Shown: positions 61,783 through 64,000 of the stretch, piece after piece
How the letters are laid out: every line of letters begins with the position of its first letter
Position numbering within the stretch: the first letter of the stretch is position 1
IMG/VR virus record: IMGVR_UViG_3300019776_000324
Coordinates: 280,245-344,244 of that record
Direction: 5' to 3' (one strand)
Length of the DNA stretch: 64,000 nucleotides
Notes under the pieces: model-generated
Database searches by the model: none
The model's input: only the letters and a program-made list of their open reading frames with translations
What the model was told of the DNA's origin: nothing
Made by a program: the position numbers and the translations under genes

Positions 61783-62887
61783 CTTAATTTTCTTTAATAG
61801 AATTTCTCTAGCAGCCTGGGATACATTTTTAAAACGCCCCGAGTACGAACTACACAAGTGGTTTAATCTTGAAGCTGACTTATGGCCGGCGCACACTACA
61901 TCTCGTGTACATCAACTTGAAACGCCGTGGAATTTAGCACCCACTGTTTGTCCTATACCAGAAATAACAAACAACAATTTAGATTTTGAACAAGTTATGG
62001 ATAGTATAGCACATCGACAGTGTAAGGAAATTGAAGAGTCTGGACTAACTCCATACTTGGCATGGTCTGGCGGTATTGACAGTACTTGTATATTGGCTAG
62101 TATTTTACGAAATGCCAGTAAGGAATTTTTAGAAAAACTAGTTATTCTACACGATGACAAGTCCATAAAAGAGAATGCATATTTTTTCTCTCGTTTCATT
62201 GATAAAAAATTAACTTGCCAAGACAACAATACCTTTGTACTTGACGCATCTAATTATGACAAGATTGTGTTGTTGGATGGTGAAGCCGGGAATCAAACCA
62301 TGGGCTTCAGAGCCATTAACATACTTCGCTACTATGATAGACTTGATTTGTTTGCCAAGCCTTGGAGAGCACAGCGCGATCTTAAAGAAACTATTCCAGG
62401 CAGTACTGATTTTACTATAGATCTCATCAAGGAATCTATACCACATGCGCCAATTGACATTACAACTTGTTACGATTTTATTTGGTGGGCTAATTTTAAC
62501 TACAAGATAGACGAAGTTCTTATAAGAAAAATTGTTGGGTTAACTAGAAATTTAACTCCAGCACAGTGTCGCACTTTTTGGAATCAAGGCCTAAGAAGAT
62601 TCTTTGTAGATCCAGAAATGCAGATATGGAGTATGAATAGTTCAGATCTGCGCAGAGAAAAAACTAAATTGTTTAGTAAATATTTTCCTAAAACATACAT
62701 TTTTAACTTTGATAAAAATGCGTTGTACTACAGTAACAAACGAGAAGAAGCTAGCAATAGCAACTCTACTCTTAAACATGGCGACAGTCTTTCGCCTGTG
62801 TTTGCAATCGACCAAGACTGGAACAAGTATAGCATGGCCAATCGAGCCGATCGAATCCAGCTAGGTAAAATTTTAAAAAGAGTTTAA
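61775..62887 (+). CDS. PP-loop / asparagine synthase C-terminal-like protein
   Basis: AWSGGIDST; LDGEAGNQ. Confidence 0.55.
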   Translation: MNNLIFFNRISLAAWDTFLKRPEYELHKWFNLEADLWPAHTTSRVHQLETPWNLAPTVCPIPEITNNNLDFEQVMDSIAHRQCKEIEESGLTPYLAWSGGIDSTCILASILRNASKEFLEKLVILHDDKSIKENAYFFSRFIDKKLTCQDNNTFVLDASNYDKIVLLDGEAGNQTMGFRAINILRYYDRLDLFAKPWRAQRDLKETIPGSTDFTIDLIKESIPHAPIDITTCYDFIWWANFNYKIDEVLIRKIVGLTRNLTPAQCRTFWNQGLRRFFVDPEMQIWSMNSSDLRREKTKLFSKYFPKTYIFNFDKNALYYSNKREEASNSNSTLKHGDSLSPVFAIDQDWNKYSMANRADRIQLGKILKRV

Positions 62888-62890
62888 CAT

Positions 62891-63577
62891 ATGAAAAAAT
62901 GGCTTGAGTATCAATTCAAAAATCAAATTAAAGAATGGGATTGGGATTATGCCCAACATCCTGTTGCCAATCTAGCAGACAAGTTGGCTCCGCACTTTGA
63001 TTATGTTATCAAAGGTTTCCATGACGAAACTTTGCCAGCATTTTTTGAAAATGTGTTTATACGGCCCGACTACATTGCTCGCACAGCCGCTACAACAGAT
63101 GGCGAAGTAAGTGAAACGCAGTTTAAGGCATGGTTAGCTGAATACTTTGATTTGGTCAGTGGACACGGGCACAAGTACATTCGCAGTTTTGGTGAAAGCA
63201 ATGATGCTATCCATGACATCATCAGTACAGAATTGGACTTGGATCCTGCAACTACAAGAATTCGTGTGCAGGTAGAAGAGCCTGGTCATTACTTTATGAT
63301 GCACTTGGATAGACACAAGTATCAAGAGTGGGAAGTAGATGATCCTAAAAAGTATGTCTACGATAAAAATACAGACTTTCACAAACACAGCATTTACATT
63401 ATTTTCTTCAAGGACTGGGCTCATGGGCAAGCATTCCAAATGGGCGATAACTTCTTAAAGTGGAAATCTGGAGATGTGTTTAATTGGAACTTCCGTAATG
63501 TACCACACGGAACAAGCAACTTTGGTTACGAAACTAATTTTGTCATGGTTATAACTGGAAACAAAAAGGGACAATAA
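62891..63577 (+). CDS. 2OG-Fe(II) oxygenase/cupin-like protein
   Basis: PG....HLD..distal HG motif; W.SGDV..W. Confidence 0.55.
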   Translation: MKKWLEYQFKNQIKEWDWDYAQHPVANLADKLAPHFDYVIKGFHDETLPAFFENVFIRPDYIARTAATTDGEVSETQFKAWLAEYFDLVSGHGHKYIRSFGESNDAIHDIISTELDLDPATTRIRVQVEEPGHYFMMHLDRHKYQEWEVDDPKKYVYDKNTDFHKHSIYIIFFKDWAHGQAFQMGDNFLKWKSGDVFNWNFRNVPHGTSNFGYETNFVMVITGNKKGQ

Positions 63578-64000
63578 TGTTAGAATTATCAACTGTAATA
63601 TTTTTAATGATCGCATACTTTGTGATCTGCGGCGGACTTACATACAAGTTTAGTGCAGGCGCAGACAAAAGCAAAGAAAATTATCTACTTGCCAATCGCA
63701 AATTTGAAACCTTTCGAGGTATGTTTAGTATCAGTGCTGCTTGGACCTGGGCCACAGCACTGTTCCTAGCGCCACAGCTGAGCTATCAATTCGGCTTTAC
63801 TGGGTTCTTCTGGATCCTGGGAATGAATACATTGACTCTGGCTATCTTTGGTTTTGCTGCTTATAAGATTCGACAGTTATACCCTGCTGGATTTACATTT
63901 GCCGAACATATCAAGAATCATTACGGACGCTGGGCACACAATACCTACATCCTGGCCTTTACACTTGTTACTATTACAGCACTAAGTTTAAATATCTACG
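63577..64000 (+). CDS. Sodium:solute symporter family permease (3' partial)
   Basis: YLLANR; SISAAWTWA..L; Y..G..G; TFAEHI...YG; multiple TM helices. Confidence 0.75.
   Translation, partial: MLELSTVIFLMIAYFVICGGLTYKFSAGADKSKENYLLANRKFETFRGMFSISAAWTWATALFLAPQLSYQFGFTGFFWILGMNTLTLAIFGFAAYKIRQLYPAGFTFAEHIKNHYGRWAHNTYILAFTLVTITALSLNIY

Noticed and set aside
667-63439. Dozens of short minus-strand and alternate-frame ORFs in the track
   Set aside because: They lie inside well-supported + strand genes, lack RBS or recognisable motifs, and are expected shadows
1-64000. Stop-codon recoding or suppressor tRNAs
   Set aside because: Genes are intact under code 11, TAG and TGA end genes, and no CUA, UUA or UCA anticodon was found
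1-64000. CRISPR array
   Set aside because: No regularly spaced direct repeats seen

Overview
This 64 kb window looks like part of a large T4-related (jumbo-type) lytic phage genome. Genes are dense and almost all on the + strand. T4-like late promoter motifs (TAAATA/TAAGTA) and sigma70 promoters are frequent, and there is a family B DNA polymerase, a sliding clamp and a T4-type RNase H. The porin, OmpA and Bug/TctC genes suggest a betaproteobacterial host (inference). From left to right: (1) 1-7.1 kb, probable head-packaged proteins with MRxxE(F/I) N-termini resembling the T4 capsid-targeting sequence, including GNAT, ParB-like and deaminase domains and a modular polyprotein. (2) 7.5-14.2 kb, replication genes. 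(3) 14.8-34.7 kb, a 7-deazaguanine pathway (TGT/DpdA-like, FolE, QueD, a second QueD-fold protein, QueE; no recognisable QueC or QueF) interleaved with glycosyltransferases and NDP-sugar enzymes, a candidate DNA hypermodification system. (4) 39.8-45.4 kb, solute-binding proteins, a circularly permuted tmRNA with a 28-aa tag, a porin and OmpA. (5) 49.4-60.8 kb, 29 intact tRNAs covering all 20 amino acids. The array is preceded by a leader-peptide attenuator-like element and contains an HNH insertion beside a truncated tRNA, an unusual tRNA-Ser(ACU), structured spacer RNAs and ribosome-rescue/RNA-repair genes (GGQ factor, Pth2-like, RtcB). All family assignments come from motif recognition by eye; no searches were run.
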